A stretch of 64,000 nucleotides of DNA from the NCBI GenBank assembly GCA_002269645.1, contig NIVC01000843.1, positions 248,001 through 312,000 on the forward strand, in the 5' to 3' direction. Made by a program: the position numbers and the translations under genes. Source of the DNA: Macrostomum lignano (lineage: Eukaryota). The first letter of the stretch is position 1. The number at the start of each line of letters is the position of its first letter. The notes below the pieces were generated by a model. It was not told the origin of the DNA and made no database searches. It worked only from the letters and a program-made list of their open reading frames with translations. Below, one piece after another: positions 37,728 to 51,928 of the stretch.

Positions 37728-40700
37728 CCCATCTTCAACTTGGCTCGCGAATCTTGCACTATGGCTCTCTAGTGGAAAGTACTCTTACTTGTGCTGGTTG
37801 CGGGTGATTGTAAGGCTTTCTGCTTGACTTCTTTAGTTTACTTGATGGTTAAATGAGGAGTGGGAGCTGACGCGCCTACCTCGGGGGAGGAATGCAGCCC
37901 TGCGGTCTGATGCAGCGCTTTCTGTTACCCCTCTCCGTCCGCACTGTACTTGGTCTCCGCTACGATCACCCCTTGGGGTTAAGAGTGGGCGGGTCCTTTG
38001 TACTCGACCCTGGGTTAAAAACTCACATTTGGAGGCTCTGGGGAGAGTTGCAGTGGAGTTCAACAAATTTCTGATAAGATCTCTTGCGGGGGCATGACAC
38101 TCGTCTCGAAATAATAATAACCCGAACAAGTGCTGGATGCCCTTACTAGTTGGCGGGTTGTTACCTCTACAATTGTGCACTATTTCTGTCAATATTTTCC
38201 CCTGCATTATGTCAATATGTGCTACAGCGTGTCATAATATGATACTTTACGCACTAATATGTATCATAATTTTCCTGCATTATGCCTGCTTCTACCTCTA
38301 CGATGTGTGTATTTTAGCCTATGCATCTACATAATTCGAATCTATAGTGTGTGCATATGCACCTGCATTATACTTGTATCTACTGTGCGTATGTGTATTT
38401 CAACCTATGTTTTACAATATACTAGCATCTACAAGCGCCTACTACACTAATGAGTAGGTTCTGTGTATTATACCTACTATTTTGTCTATTTCACCTACTT
38501 TTCTGCCAAAATATCGATAACATTGTGTGTTTTTTGCTGCCCATATGCTTAATTCTATATGTCCGTACACCTATATGTTTCGTAATATGTATTATGCACC
38601 GATATTTACACCTACTGATGTGATTAATATGTGTTTTGCTTACTTTTTATGTAAATATACGCAATTTCACCTACTATAAGTAGTTTTCACTAGCCTAAAT
38701 TTGTGTTAATAGGTATTGTTGACTACAAATCGATGTACACACATATCGGGAGAGTGGTAGAGTGTACATATCGGTAGAGTGTACACTCGGGGCGCCTGCG
38801 GCTCGGTAGAGTGTACACTCGGGGTGCCTGCGGCTCGGTAGAGTGTACACTCGGGGTGCCTGCGGCATGGGCGTCTGCTGCATGGGCGCCTGCGGCTCGG
38901 GAGGGCATACATATCGGGAGGGTTGCCTGCATCATACATATCGGGGCGCATGGACGGGGCTCGAGTGGTGTACTCTTTGTGTGAATGAATTCTTGTTGTG
39001 TAACTCTTGACCGTCCCTTCCCTCCGGGAGCACTGCAAGTAGACTAGTATGGCTTGGTATTCGGAGTTGGCGTGTGTACGTAATATACTCTTTGTAATAT
39101 TTACCTGACCTGGGTTTGCAAGTTCTAATAACATATAAATGACTACTGCTGACTAGTTGACGCATCTAGATGGTGTGATAAAAACTAGTAACGTACCGTG
39201 ATTTCGAGAGAAATCCTAGCACAATACTGTTCTGTCCGGCATGTGGAAAAGTATTTGCCCCGCCTTCGCTTACTCATACTGCACACAGACAAAGCTTATC
39301 TCTATTAGCAATCTGTTCGTGGTGGTTTAGAAGGATACTGTCTTCCTGTATATAGCTCTCTATCCCTTCATCACTCGTAATAACTTCATAAATGCTCGCT
39401 TGACCAATGGCTGGTACTGAACTAATAATTCATACGATACATAATGGTTAATACTTTCTAACTCCGTACAGCTCACAAGTTTCTACTCTCTACCTTATCA
39501 GTAACATTAAAATAAAAAGGTAAAATTTGCTGGTTTTGTGCCTTGTTTGCTTACTTTTCTATTAAAATACTTGCGGTTTATAATTGAAAATGTCTGCTTT
39601 TTATTCAATTTTATGTGGTTTGAAGGTTTATTTTTGCTAAAATGCCTGGTTTCTTATAAAAATTTCTACTCTCGACAATGATTGTGTCAGCTATTTCATT
39701 AAAATAACCTACTTTTTGAATAAAACGTTGTATTTAAGCCCCTAGTTTTTTCAAAACATAATGGAAACCCTCACAACGCCCTTGGAACCTCCTCAAGCAG
39801 CTTACATAGAGCATGCAGACCCCGAAACCCCCTCTAGTGTGCCCTGATTTCAGCGGTCTGACGGTTAAGATCTGTATTTTTACACTATATTTTCCTTCAT
39901 ACAGCAATACAGGAGGGTATGGAAGAGTGAGTCTGGCGGGAGAGGGGGCTTGTGGGGTGGTGAGGATGCGTACACACAGTTTAGCCTGTTTTAGCCTACC
40001 TTTTGGGCTAATATACTTACTATTATTACTACCATTATACCTACTATGTACATACTATTATACTACCCACTATTAAACATGTTGCACTAAAACCAACTTT
40101 TGAAAATACATAGCATGTTTTGGTCGATTCTCCCTCACGTCTCTGTCCCTACACGTGCTCTGCCCGCTTTGGTCTCTGTTTGTGTACCTCTCTGTAACGT
40201 CTCTGTACGCTCAGACTGGTTTCTCCGTCCCCGCACGCGCCTCTACTAAAGTTTGCTGTTACCTACCCCCACACACTGCTCTCTGTCTCCCTCCGCGCAC
40301 ACCTCACTGCCCTTGCATGTAACTTGCATGCCTTGCATGCCCTGTCCTGCCCTCGCGTGGGTCCCTGCCTATACATAGCTACCGGACCCTACCTCTCTCT
40401 GTGCCTTGCTCGCAACTCTGTCCCAGGCCCCCTTCATACTTCTCTGTCCCGGGCTGCAACTGGCTGACACGCGCCTCTCTGTTCCCCAGCCTGCGTGGCT
40501 GCCTACCCCTGCACACTGCTCTCTGTCCCCCTCCGCGCCTCTCTATCATCCTATTCCTGCAGCTGACCGTGCCGTTCAGCTCTGTTCACGCACGGCTCCA
40601 CCCCTGCCCGTGTCTCACTGTACCGCCCTGTGTGGCTCCCTTACCCAGCGCGTTTGCTTCCTATCTCCCTCCTGCTCCATATGTTTCTGTTCCCTCACAC

Positions 40701-41764
40701 TACGCACGCGTGGCTGGCTCTCTGTCCATACACATCTCTGCTCCTCCACTCTATCCTCGCGTGGCCCCTTGACGGTTCGCATGCCCCTGCATACCCTGCC
40801 TGCCTCTCTGTCCCCTGCAACTGGGGAGGGAGCTCTCTATCCTCTGTATGGCTTTCTCTGTGGGGTGTGTGTGACTCACACTGCCTCTCTGTCCTAGCAT
40901 GCGCCTCTCTGTCCACGCCGCGTGCTGCGACATGCCGGGGCTGCGCAGGGTGCCTCCACGCACTCTCTGTCCCAGCACCCCGTGTCTCTCTGTACCCCGC
41001 CTCATACTGCTACAGGGGGCCGCCTGTTATCTGTCCCCCTGCTACAGGGGGATGGCGGCTCTCCACGCACTACCCCTCCTGCTACAGGGGCTGCTCTCTG
41101 TCCCCAGCTACAGGGCTGCTCTCTGTCCCCCGCATGGGGGTTGGTTGCTCAGTGTACAGGGCTGCGTCAGCATCGGGGTTAAAACTTCTCGCTCCCTATA
41201 CCCCCAAACCGTGTAGTGGCCTAGTATGGGCGCGCCCTGGGTTCGATTTCGCTAGTTGAGATGTGGGTGAGAGAGGGGAAGAGGCTAGGTGGGGGCAGGG
41301 CGTGAGGTATAGGGTGCCTGCGGGGTACGTATCGTTGACTACATATCGGGAGAGTGGCAGAGTGTACATATCGGTAGAGTGTACACTCGGGGTGCCTGCG
41401 GCTCGGTAGAGTGTACACTCGGGGTGCCTGCGGCTCGGTAGAGTGTACACTCGGGGTGCCTGCGGCATGGGCGCCTGCTGCATGGGCGCCTGCGGCTCGG
41501 GAGGGTGCGCTTGGGATCTGATTGATTTGGGATCTGATTGATTTGGGATCTGATTGATTTATTGGGATCTAATATCGGTAGGTGCGCCTGCGGCTGGGGA
41601 GGGTAACCTGCGGCGCTTGGCGCCTGCGGCGCGCGCGCGCGCCGAGCGCCGATATCGATACGCGTATCGATCACCTAGTGATCGGGGCGCCAGCCAATGA
41701 GAGGCGAGGAGGGTTGACACCCACCTCACCTCCAAAATCGCGCCATTCGGAATCCCTTAGTAGT

Positions 41765-44545
41765 GTGATGCATCAGATGAAAAGACATTTGTATTGTAAA
41801 AAGTAATAAACAGTGATTTTACATGTATTGCTTTCAATAAAAGAAGCAGCTCGGCATAGTTTGGGACTACAGCAGGTAAATATAATTATTTACACGCTAG
41901 TAATGCATAACTGCCATCAATTATTTTTTTTAATATCGCAACTCAAGTATTTACCGAAGTAAAATAGTCGCTTATATACAACTTATAGTGGCAGTTTTCC
42001 CAATAAAAATTTACGGATTTGTAAGACAAATTTAGTTTAAAACTACTTCAGCTTCAGTCAGATATCCGATATATAATAATACTTCAGGAAGGAAACAGCT
42101 GCACCTACGCTTCGCTCATGCCTTCAACAGCTGAACCAAATTCTAACGAACAGCGGCCAGAAAGTGAAGTCACGGAATATTTGATGATTATTAAGGATGG
42201 TATTTGATACTGAAGAAAGAATAGTTATTAACCAACATTGTGACTGTGTTCTAGCTCGTAGAAGCTTTGTAATTGGAAGCATGTAATTCTAAATTAAAAT
42301 CTACAATGTTTTGAGGAAATATTTACATGCATGATAAAATTTAGTAATTTATTAAACTACGTGCATATGAATGCTTTAACAGTAAGCCAACTCTTTGTTG
42401 CGCACCTTCTCAAACAATAATCAAGTCGCCAGCCGTCCGGAACGTCGAGATATTCGACGATTCTGCTAGAAGGTCGGATTTTTCCCATAAGCGCTAGTGT
42501 ATTCAGTTCACCCCTGTGCGCCAATCAGCAATTTCACCAGCACGTCGATCACATGCGTCTGCATCAGCTCTGGCTTCGTTGGTCACTGGCCTTCACCCAG
42601 GCGGAGCTTCTAGACCTTCAACAGGTGGCACCAGGTGACTATGGACACCCTGATGCGAATTTCTCTAGTTTCGCTGATCAAGCATTAATAATGGGCTAAC
42701 ATTAACACCTGGTCATTTTCAGCTAGACTCTCAAACGTGAGACGTGATGACGTAATTAGTTAATTGAACCGTAAATTGAACCGAATTTTCGCCAAGAGAA
42801 AAAATGACAAAAAATTATCAACTTTTCTATATGGACTCAAGATCAAGTAGAATTAACAAAAGTTGCTAAAACAATTTTTAAATTCATTTTTTCGGTGTCC
42901 ATAGTCACCTGGTGCCACCTGTTGAAGGTCTAGAAGCTCCGCCTGGGTGAAGGCCAGTGACCAACGAAGCTAGAGCTGATGCAGACACATGTGGTCGACG
43001 TGCTGGTGAAATTTGGAGGCTTGGCAAGGCTGCACTGAGGCGCAGTGCTGATTGGCGCACAGGGGTGAACTGAATACACTGGCGCTTATGGGAAAAATCG
43101 GACTTCCTAGAAAAATCGTTGATTATCTCGACGTTCCAGAGGGCTGGCGACTTGATTCTTGTTTGAGAGGGTGCGCAACAAATAGTTGGCCCGTGTTCTT
43201 GAATTTCGTGTGCCTGCGTTGCTCCGTTCCGGCGCAGCAAAAAAGTTGTCGGGGGGGATCCCCCCCTCTTGGTAGTTCTGCTGTAAATCGAATTCGTAGC
43301 TGTCTTTTGCGTTTTCAAGAATCCCCCACAGCGCAAGTGAAATAAAAATCAGCAAAATGGAATACTTAGTCTTTAAATTACTCGTAATCTAAGAGCTCTG
43401 TACTTTTATGGGCTGTTTTTAAACACCTTTTAGTAAGCATCTCATTCCGATTAATTCACTCAAACTCGAAATGCCTACACTCGTCTGAGCATTGTATTTC
43501 TTTTCATTCGATTTTTCTGTTTTAAAGTACGACTCCAGATCCTCATTTCTACTTTTATGATAAAATTATTACATTTTTAAATTCAAGTGCCTAACTGTAC
43601 ATTTCTCAAAATCTGAGAGACTTGAATTAAATATTTGGCTAACTAATGCACATATGTAACTTAGGAGGAAAGAGTAGCGAAAATCAGTGAACGATGTTAA
43701 ATGTAACTCAAAACATATAACTCAAAGCCCATGCAGTCACCGAGCCTCAACAACCAGAGTTTCAGATGACCAATTATGACGTGAAAAACCTGGCTATTTT
43801 AGGGAAAATACCTGAATCAGGATGAAATCGAATGTTCTAAGTGGTAGAATTATTGATAGTTCGAGTAGTAGCAAGTTAGGGGTCTTCGTGTTTTCATTTT
43901 TTCTCCTGATATCTTAGCGCCGAACCTGAACCAAGCATCCCACCTACCTCGAACATCGAACCCGGGGCCAAAACCCAAACCCGGTACTAAACCCAAACCC
44001 AGTTCCAAAACCCAAATCCAGTATCAAAACCAAAATCCTGTACCAATATCCGAACCCAGTACCAAAACCCGAACCAAATTTAATATGAAAATATAATAAT
44101 TTATAATCAACCATAGTTCACAGCTCTTGGTTTTATTTGATGACCATTCTATAATTTATAATTTCGAAATCCTGGATATGTTTTTACGAGTTATCAAGTT
44201 ATTGAGATGGAGCGAGAATATATTCGTGTTTAAAATGGTCACGATGATTCTCTGGCGACGTTAGCTCCAAATAGTTACGCTCCATATAGTTACTTATAGT
44301 TATTGCCGAATACAGAATCAAGCGCTTCCTCAATCGCTAACGTAAACTGACCGAGGCGGCGAAACGTTGTCAGTCCTATTGGTTGTCATGGCTACCATGT
44401 CATCCACGTAGACGCTTTGAGCAGCTCGCTGCATTCTCAGCTCGGCTGGAGGATCGCTGGGTTGGTTAGGAGGATGAGCACAACTCTGGAACTTTTAAGT
44501 GTGGCCGTTTATCAAAGTTATCAAATAATTTTTCGGAATTAATTT
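41765..44545 (-). repeat. Inverted copy of host segment 34188-36968 (includes gene E exon 7 in antisense)
   Basis: Mirror-image ORFs in the track (35378-35828 vs 42905-43355). Confidence 0.93.
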
Positions 44546-44551
44546 CGAAAG

Positions 44552-46324
44552 GCCTACCTTTTGGGCTAATATACTTACTATTATTACTACCATTATACCT
44601 ACTATGTACATACTATTATACTACCCGCTATTAAATATGCTGCACTAAAACCAACTTTTGAAAATACATAGCATGTTTTGGTCGATTCTCCCTCACGTCT
44701 CTGTCCCTACACGTGCTCTGCCCGCTTTGGTCTCTGTTTGTGTACCTCTCTGTAACGTCTCTGTACGCTCAGACTGGTTTCTCCGTCCCCGCACGCGCCT
44801 CTACTAAAGTTTGCTGTTACCTACCCCCACACACTGCTCTCTGTCTCCCTCCGCGCACACCTCACTGCCCTTGCATGTAACTTGCATGCCTTGCATGCCC
44901 TGTCCTGCCCTCGCGTGGGTCCCTGCCTATACATAGCTACCGGACCCTACCTCTCTCTGTGCCTTGCTCGCAACTCTGTCCCAGGCCCCCCTTCATACTT
45001 CTCTGTCCCGGGCTGCAACTGGCTGACACGCGCCTCTCTGTTCCCCAGCCTGCGTGGCTGCCTACCCCTGCACACTGCTCTCTGTCCCCCTCCGCGCCTC
45101 TCTATCATCCTATTCCTGCAGCTGACCGTGCCGTTCAGCTCTGTTCACGCACGGCTCCACCCCTGCCCGTGTCTCACTGTACCGCCCTGTGTGGCTCCCT
45201 TACCCAGCGCGTTTGCTTCCTATCTCCCTCCTGCTCCATATGTTTCTGTTCCCTCACACTACGCACGCGTGGCTGGCTCTCTGTCCATACACATCTCTGC
45301 TCCTCCACTCTATCCTCGCGTGGCCCCTTGACGGTTCGCATGCCCCTGCATACCCTGCCTGCCTCTCTGTCCCCTGCAACTGGGGAGGGAGCTCTCTATC
45401 CTCTGTATGGCTTTCTCTGTGGGGTGTGTGTGACTCACACTGCCTCTCTGTCCTAGCATGCGCCTCTCTGTCCACGCCGCGTGCTGCGACATGCCGGGGC
45501 TGCGCAGGGTGCCTCCACGCACTCTCTGTCCCAGCACCCCGTGTCTCTCTGTACCCCGCCTCATACTGCTACAGGGGGCCGCCTGTTATCTGTCCCCCTG
45601 CTACAGGGGGATGGCGGCTCTCCACGCACTACCCCTCCTGCTACAGGGGCTGCTCTCTGTCCCCAGCTACAGGGCTGCTCTCTGTCCCCCGCATGGGGGG
45701 TTGGTTGCTCAGTGTACAGGGCTGCGTCAGCATCGGGGTTAAAACTTCTCGCTCCCTATACCCCCAAACCGTGTAGTGGCCTAGTATGGGCGCGCCCTGG
45801 GTTCGATTTCGCTAGTTGAGATGTGGGTGAGAGAGGGGAAGAGGCTAGGTGGGGGCAGGGCGTGAGGTATAGGGTGCCTGCGGGGTACGTATCGTTGACT
45901 ACATATCGGGAGAGTGGCAGAGTGTACATATCGGTAGAGTGTACACTCGGGGTGCCTGCGGCTCGGTAGAGTGTACACTCGGGGTGCCTGCGGCTCGGTA
46001 GAGTGTACACTCGGGGTGCCTGCGGCATGGGCGCCTGCTGCATGGGCGCCTGCGGCTCGGGAGGGTGCGCTTGGGATCTGATTGATTTGGGATCTGATTG
46101 ATTTGGGATCTGATTGATTTATTGGGATCTAATATCGGTAGGTGCGCCTGCGGCTGGGGAGGGTAACCTGCGGCGCTTGGCGCCTGCGGCGCGCGCGCGC
46201 GCCGAGCGCCGATATCGATACGCGTATCGATCACCTAGTGATCGGGGCGCCAGCCAATGAGAGGCGAGGAGGGTTGACACCCACCTCACCTCCAAAATCG
46301 CGCCATTCGGAATCCCTTAGTAGT
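44552..46324 (+). repeat. Direct duplicate of the element's right end (39994-41764)
   Basis: Near-identical sequence; duplicated ORF-track peptides offset by about 4560 bp. Confidence 0.93.
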
Positions 46325-48067
46325 CATCACTGTATACAGAGAATCGAAGAAAAATATTTACAACTCAATCCTGTGTCTGATCTTTTTGACTTAGGATATT
46401 TAAAAATCTTTTTTTGACTTTGAACCATGGGGAAATTACTAGTTAATATGAATTTCAGACACTTTCGCAGACAGTTTAATTGAGCACGAAGATGCTTTCT
46501 CAATGGATTTTTTTACTCCGACTGACCTGATAGTTGTCATTAGACTTTGGAAGTTCAACCATGCAAATGGCAGAATTTGTATGCAAATTTTCATGCCTCA
46601 CCGCCACTCCGTTGTTAGGCGCTGGTGGTTCTTCATTTGAAACTTTCTCAGTTGAGTGTCTGGAAAGCAATTGAAACATTTTTTATGTAGGGTGGAGTAA
46701 TGCGTAGTAGGTTCCATTCATTGAAAGACTTATACAATGATACAATTATGTTTTAGCAATCCAATAAATTTTATTTTCCTGCAGTATTCCAACAGCTTTA
46801 GAGCTGATAAATTAACACACATGGACATTGGTTCCGGTACAAGGCTCCCTGGAGGAGACTTTTCGAACGAATCGTTTTCGAATATTTTCCGTCAATTCGT
46901 GGCCGAGTTCTTTGATGTCGCGTAAGTCCTTCCTTCACATTGCTGACACACGGAGAAATGCTTTATGTGTGAATTGAACTCAATTTGGAAGTGAAAAGTC
47001 AAAGAACAAAATCAAGGCTAAAAATTGTGGTTCAGATCTAAATGGGAACTCGACTGTGCTTTATGAAGAGGCTTCCCCAAAGGGGATAAATGTGGAAAAA
47101 GGCGATTTCCTGCGAACTTCTGGCTCTAAAATGGATGCGGTGGCAGATTGCGGCTGATTCTTTATCGAATCTCACGACTAGACCGAATGTGTTAATTTTA
47201 CATCCACAACTTTATTACGTTGATGTGACTTCATGTAAATATTTTTTCTCGTGATAAATTTATAAAAATTATTCTAATAGCTATTATAAATTTTATGCAT
47301 ACAACGTCGAATAGATTGATTCTAAAAACAGGCATTTTGGCTTGGATTAGCTGCCCACATCGAAATAGTTTGATTTACATGCAGGTACCGTCACACTAGA
47401 ATTATAATTTCATTAGCTATAGCTATATATCTCAATCCATATGCATGGCTAACAATTATATTCAATCAGTGCCTGAATAAGACTAAAAGCGGTCGACCGA
47501 CAAATACACGTAGCACGTAGAAGGATAGGGTACCTCGCTTCTCCCTTCTTTCTTAGAAACACTCATGATAAATAGCTCAATATCATTAGCTCGGTAGCTA
47601 AATCTTATAGCCATCAGTATCTATATGATAGCAAATTCTATTTAGATATGAAATCGCAAACGTGTTTAATTTCAGTCTAGTCCGATTAAAAGCTTCCTAT
47701 TTTACGCAATATAACTTTTTAGCTGCCTGTTGATATTGCCTAATTAAAGATTCAATTTACACGAGCAATAGACTTTAAGTTGTCTAACTTCGTGAATGAA
47801 AACCTAAGTTTTTTATTGGATTCTTTTAATAGCTCTTTTAATAGTTCTTAAAAAGCTACAAAACCGGTATATAGACAGTTTGACTCACACAAATACAAAT
47901 ACGTTCTGTGTTTCTCAGCAAGGACTACTAGACTAGATGTTCCAGTGGTCCTTGTTTCTCAGTAGCTAGCTAGAAAATTGTTTCTTGATCAATAATCTTG
48001 TTGTTCGTTGAACGACACATAAACAAGTCGTTCTAGCAAATTACTGTATATATGTAGCATAAATTAC

Positions 48068-49685
48068 TCACCTTACAGTTGCTAGCTTTCGTTCAAGCGT
48101 TTGATGGCTTCCAATAGCCTGTTGGAAATATTTTAATATTTTGTTATTTATATTAATAATTCTGTACTTTAATTGCTGCGTAGGCGCATGGATTGTACAT
48201 AAGGAAAGACACAAAAGATCAGAAAAGTTGCATATTAATACCATTTTTCTACAAGCAAATATCGCTCCTGCGACAACAGCTATTAACAGAATCGAGGAAA
48301 CTGCCATCAATATGTATATGTAGAACTGAGTAAGTTCAGGTGAGGATGGCCTTTGAAGCTCTTTAGTTTCCTTAGCTGAAAAGTATAAATGAATTAATTT
48401 TTATGGGTACTGTAATGCCTAGCCAAAATGATAAAATGAATCAAGTCTGGTGTGTCTAATCTTAATGGACTAATTTCAATGAGAACTGGACAACTCACAA
48501 GCAACTGATAGATAGCCAGAGCTGACAACAACTCCACCAACACTGCACGCATAGACTCCATAATCTTCCTCATTCACAGAGTCGATTACATAGGTCTCAT
48601 TTCCAGTTGCAAGTGTCCGGTTAGTGCTCAAGTGTATTAATTTGATACTTGCCAAACTATCAATGCAACTCACATTGCATCTCACCTTGGCACTGGTATT
48701 CGAGCTTATATTAGACGGCGGTGCTATGTCAATGGTAACTGAAAGAATAAATAAATGTATTTTATGGCTAATGAAAAAGAGTAAAAAGTATGTAATCTTA
48801 ACTCACTATCGATCGAGATATACTTATAGGCCAAAATACTAAAAGCCATGCTCTCAATTGCGTTGGTTTTGTTGTTCCACGCAGGCTTGCGAAGCAGTAC
48901 TGTTTTGGCCTGAATTTTTTTGAGGGAATTGCTTGGTATATAAGTGTGTTAAGTTATTAACACACCTTTACTGAATTATAGACTGATAAGCTCACCTCCT
49001 GGACACTGGAACAGTTCACTTGAATTGCAGTTGGCTTAGAAGATCCACAGAAAGTCCAATATTTCTTGTTAGTCTCAAATACTGAGCTCATATTTCTGGA
49101 GTTGCACTTTTCAGAACCAAATCCAATTGTTTCTGTTGTTGTCCAAACTTCAATTCTCTCTGCTAGCTGGCTTTCGCTTGTAGCTGCATTTTTGGGATGC
49201 CACTTTACTTGCATATTATAATAAAATATTTTTAATAAATCAATTAACTGATAATGTATGAATAGGTACGAGTATGCTCACGTGTGATAAAAAACCTGTC
49301 TGTCCAAACAGTACTTCTAAGCTGGACGGCCAACCAGTGATAGCCTTTGTCAGCGGCTGAGCCTTCGTCAGCTGATTTGAAGGCCCCGTCCAACTGACTT
49401 CCCCCAATCCCACAAATAAACGGGCCTGTAGTGTACTCTTTGAAACTCGATGACTGCCAGGTCTTTTCTCCTGCACCAGTAGTTACAAATTCAGTACCTA
49501 GTAGTAATTTAAAATATGTAATGCATGTAAGCATTCAAAACTGTGATAGAATTTATTATTGACTATTGAGACATTTACGAAAATTTCTATTACTTACATT
49601 CCAACGCAGACTCCGCAAAATATTGGAGCAGGCAAGTCGCCATAAAAATGTAAATTAAAGCAGATATCAGTGCGGAATTAGTCAT
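48068..49685 (-). CDS. Receptor gene G: SP - F-type-lectin-like - Ig1 - TM - short tail
   Basis: Exons 49685-49598 (MTNSALISALIYIFMATCLLQYFAESALE), 49497-49270, 49207-48996, 48909-48807 (103 nt), 48738-48499 (EDYGVYAC), 48375-48242 (TM), 48118-~48077. There is no Ig2 exon, and the end of the tail is uncertain. Confidence 0.78.
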
Positions 49686-50754
49686 ACTCAATAAAAGTAT
49701 CTTTAAAGCTTACGCTTGTAAGACTGCAATGGCTGAACTAAATTTCGTCACTCTGCAATGAACGTTAATGATATTGCTTTTCATTCGCGAATATTCAGAA
49801 TATTTATACCAACCTGCAGCGCAGCTGACGCTCATTTCCTAGCCAAATTTGTTTTGGCAAAGCGGTTGAAACCAACTAGTTTACATTATTAGTGTGCTTT
49901 GGACATTTTGGACACTTACCATAATCTGCTTGAAGGGCTATCATTAAATTGTAAATTCATCTTTGACTATTTAAAGAACCCTGTTTACCTCGTGTTCCGT
50001 TCGGTTAATAAATCTTTAGCTATTTACGTAGATCTTTCAGGTCTAGGTGGTTCTGTCTCGGCCGTTTCGATTATATTCTGGAAGCCCCTCACTTCAATAA
50101 TAGATTATCTACAGCTAATTACACGAATTATTGTGTTTAACGATGCTGTAATATACTGGATCTCTGGTCAGTGAAATTCAGCGTTTTGTGAGCTTACCTA
50201 CGCTGTGTGCAACAATTTCAAAACTGCAGCTACAAGTAAACAATAGTTGCAATATTCTGGTAACAGCTGCATCATTATATGGTCACGAAGCGATGTATCG
50301 CGTATGTGAGAAATCGCTTACCGAAAATTTTAAAATTGAAAAAGACCCCCTGTCGTGTGGCTGCTATATTCTCCCGAGGCGCTGGACGAGAAGACGATCA
50401 GTAGTTAGCAGCCTAAAATAGTTAGAGTACGAACTAAATCTAGTGCACAATATGTTGACTTGGTTCCTGTTGAATCTGGTTTTAGGCGACGACAGATGCC
50501 ATCCTGCAATCCAGCACAAAGACGTAAACTTTGACGGACCTATTTGATCATCAAATTGATGTGGTGCACCATGCAGTTAAAAACATTGTTATCAATATTA
50601 TTAGCTTTGATGAATGATCATTGTGCAACCTACGAGTAATACCGATTTAAGCTGGGACCAGAACGACATAACGACAACAAACGTCTAGCGTGCATTCAGA
50701 ATAGAAATCGTTCGTAATCATTTTCTTCTCGGTGTTGAGCTGTGAGACACGACT

Positions 50755-51110
50755 TCCTGTCTCTGTCTCCATCCCTGTCCCCCTTGTCCCTGTCTCTGAC
50801 CCATGGTTTTTTCCTGTCCTTGTTTCTGACCAATGTTCCTGTCCCTGTCTCTGACCCATGTTCCTGTCCCTGTCTCTGACCCATGTCTCTGTCCCTGTCT
50901 CTGACCCATGTCCCTGTTCCTGTCTCTGACCCATGCCTCTGTCCCCCTTGTCCCTGTCTCTGATCCATGTCTCTGTCCCCCTTGTCCCTGTCTCTGATCC
51001 ATGTCTCTGTCCCCTTTGTCCCTATCTCTGACCCATGGCTTTTTCTTGTCCCTGTCTATGACCCATGTCCTTGTTCGTGTTCCTATCCCTGACCCTATCT
51101 TTATCCCTGT
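50755..51110. repeat. Degenerate ~18-21-bp minisatellite (TCCCTGTCTCTGACCCATG)
   Basis: Read directly. Confidence 0.85.
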
Positions 51111-51928
51111 CGGTGTCCCGACTTATGTCCCCAAAAGTCGATGTATGAAGACCCACATCGACCCAGGATCCTCTTCCAGATTGAATTCCAGTTTTAAACA
51201 TGTATCTACCGGCATGTAACCTTGGGAAGCGCTTGAAATTAATATATGCATTTGTGCATTTATACTTATAATGTAGCACCTGAATTAATTTATTTGAAGA
51301 TCATTCGATTGAATGCAATTTCAGCAAGAATCCTAGTAAGAAAGTGTAACTTGTTTAAAACATACTCCCTAGTATGTTCCACTCGCATTAGCTCATCTTT
51401 AAGTGGTTAACGCGAGTTTTTCTGTATTTGTTTTTTGGTTGTCTTTATGAAATTAAAGATTGGGTTTTTGAGATGAGATGTTCTCACAATTTTAGTTCGG
51501 GAATAATCCCATAAATGTAGCGTTGATTGATAGATGAAATACATGTGTACATACAGGAAAACCAGCATGTATTCAAACTAACAAATTAAAACACGCAGAA
51601 ATTCTTATGAATATACTGTATACTTTCAAAAAAATAACAAAAAAACTCATGGAAAATTTTGAACAGTGCGTTAACGAATGAGTAGGCCGTTTTTAACACT
51701 TAGCCAATATAAACAAATATGGACAATTCACGTATCGGAAAAAAAGTTGTTAAGGTGAAAATTTCTTCGAAGAAAGCATAAAAATGTGAATCAAAACAAG
51801 TTTTGCTACGAATACCTACATGGAGTGTTGATTACTTTCTAAAGATATGGAGTAATTTAGTACATGTAATTCTGTATGATTATACCTAGTAGTACTCCGT
51901 AGACGTGTCCATGAAAACAGAACAATTA

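Larger units (their letters stand above)
36969..46324. mobile_element. Internally deleted, rearranged Maverick/Polinton-like element
   Basis: Termini ACTACTAAGGG...CCCTTAGTAGT; 6-bp TSD CATCAC at 36963-36968 and 46325-46330; ~210-bp TIR (36969-37178, 41555-41764, and again ending 46324); pPolB fragment; 32-bp and 16-bp subterminal repeats. Confidence 0.8.

Noticed and set aside
39800-41500. Many overlapping 70-200-aa ORFs in the Maverick right end (and duplicate 44880-46230)
   Set aside because: Low-complexity ctctgtcc-rich sequence with no recognisable Maverick gene motifs.
46784-47156. Two plus-strand exon-like segments (YSNSFRADK...; LNGNSTVLYEEA...) as the end of gene E
   Set aside because: Their phases do not join and there is no similarity to paralogous terminal exons; left unassigned.
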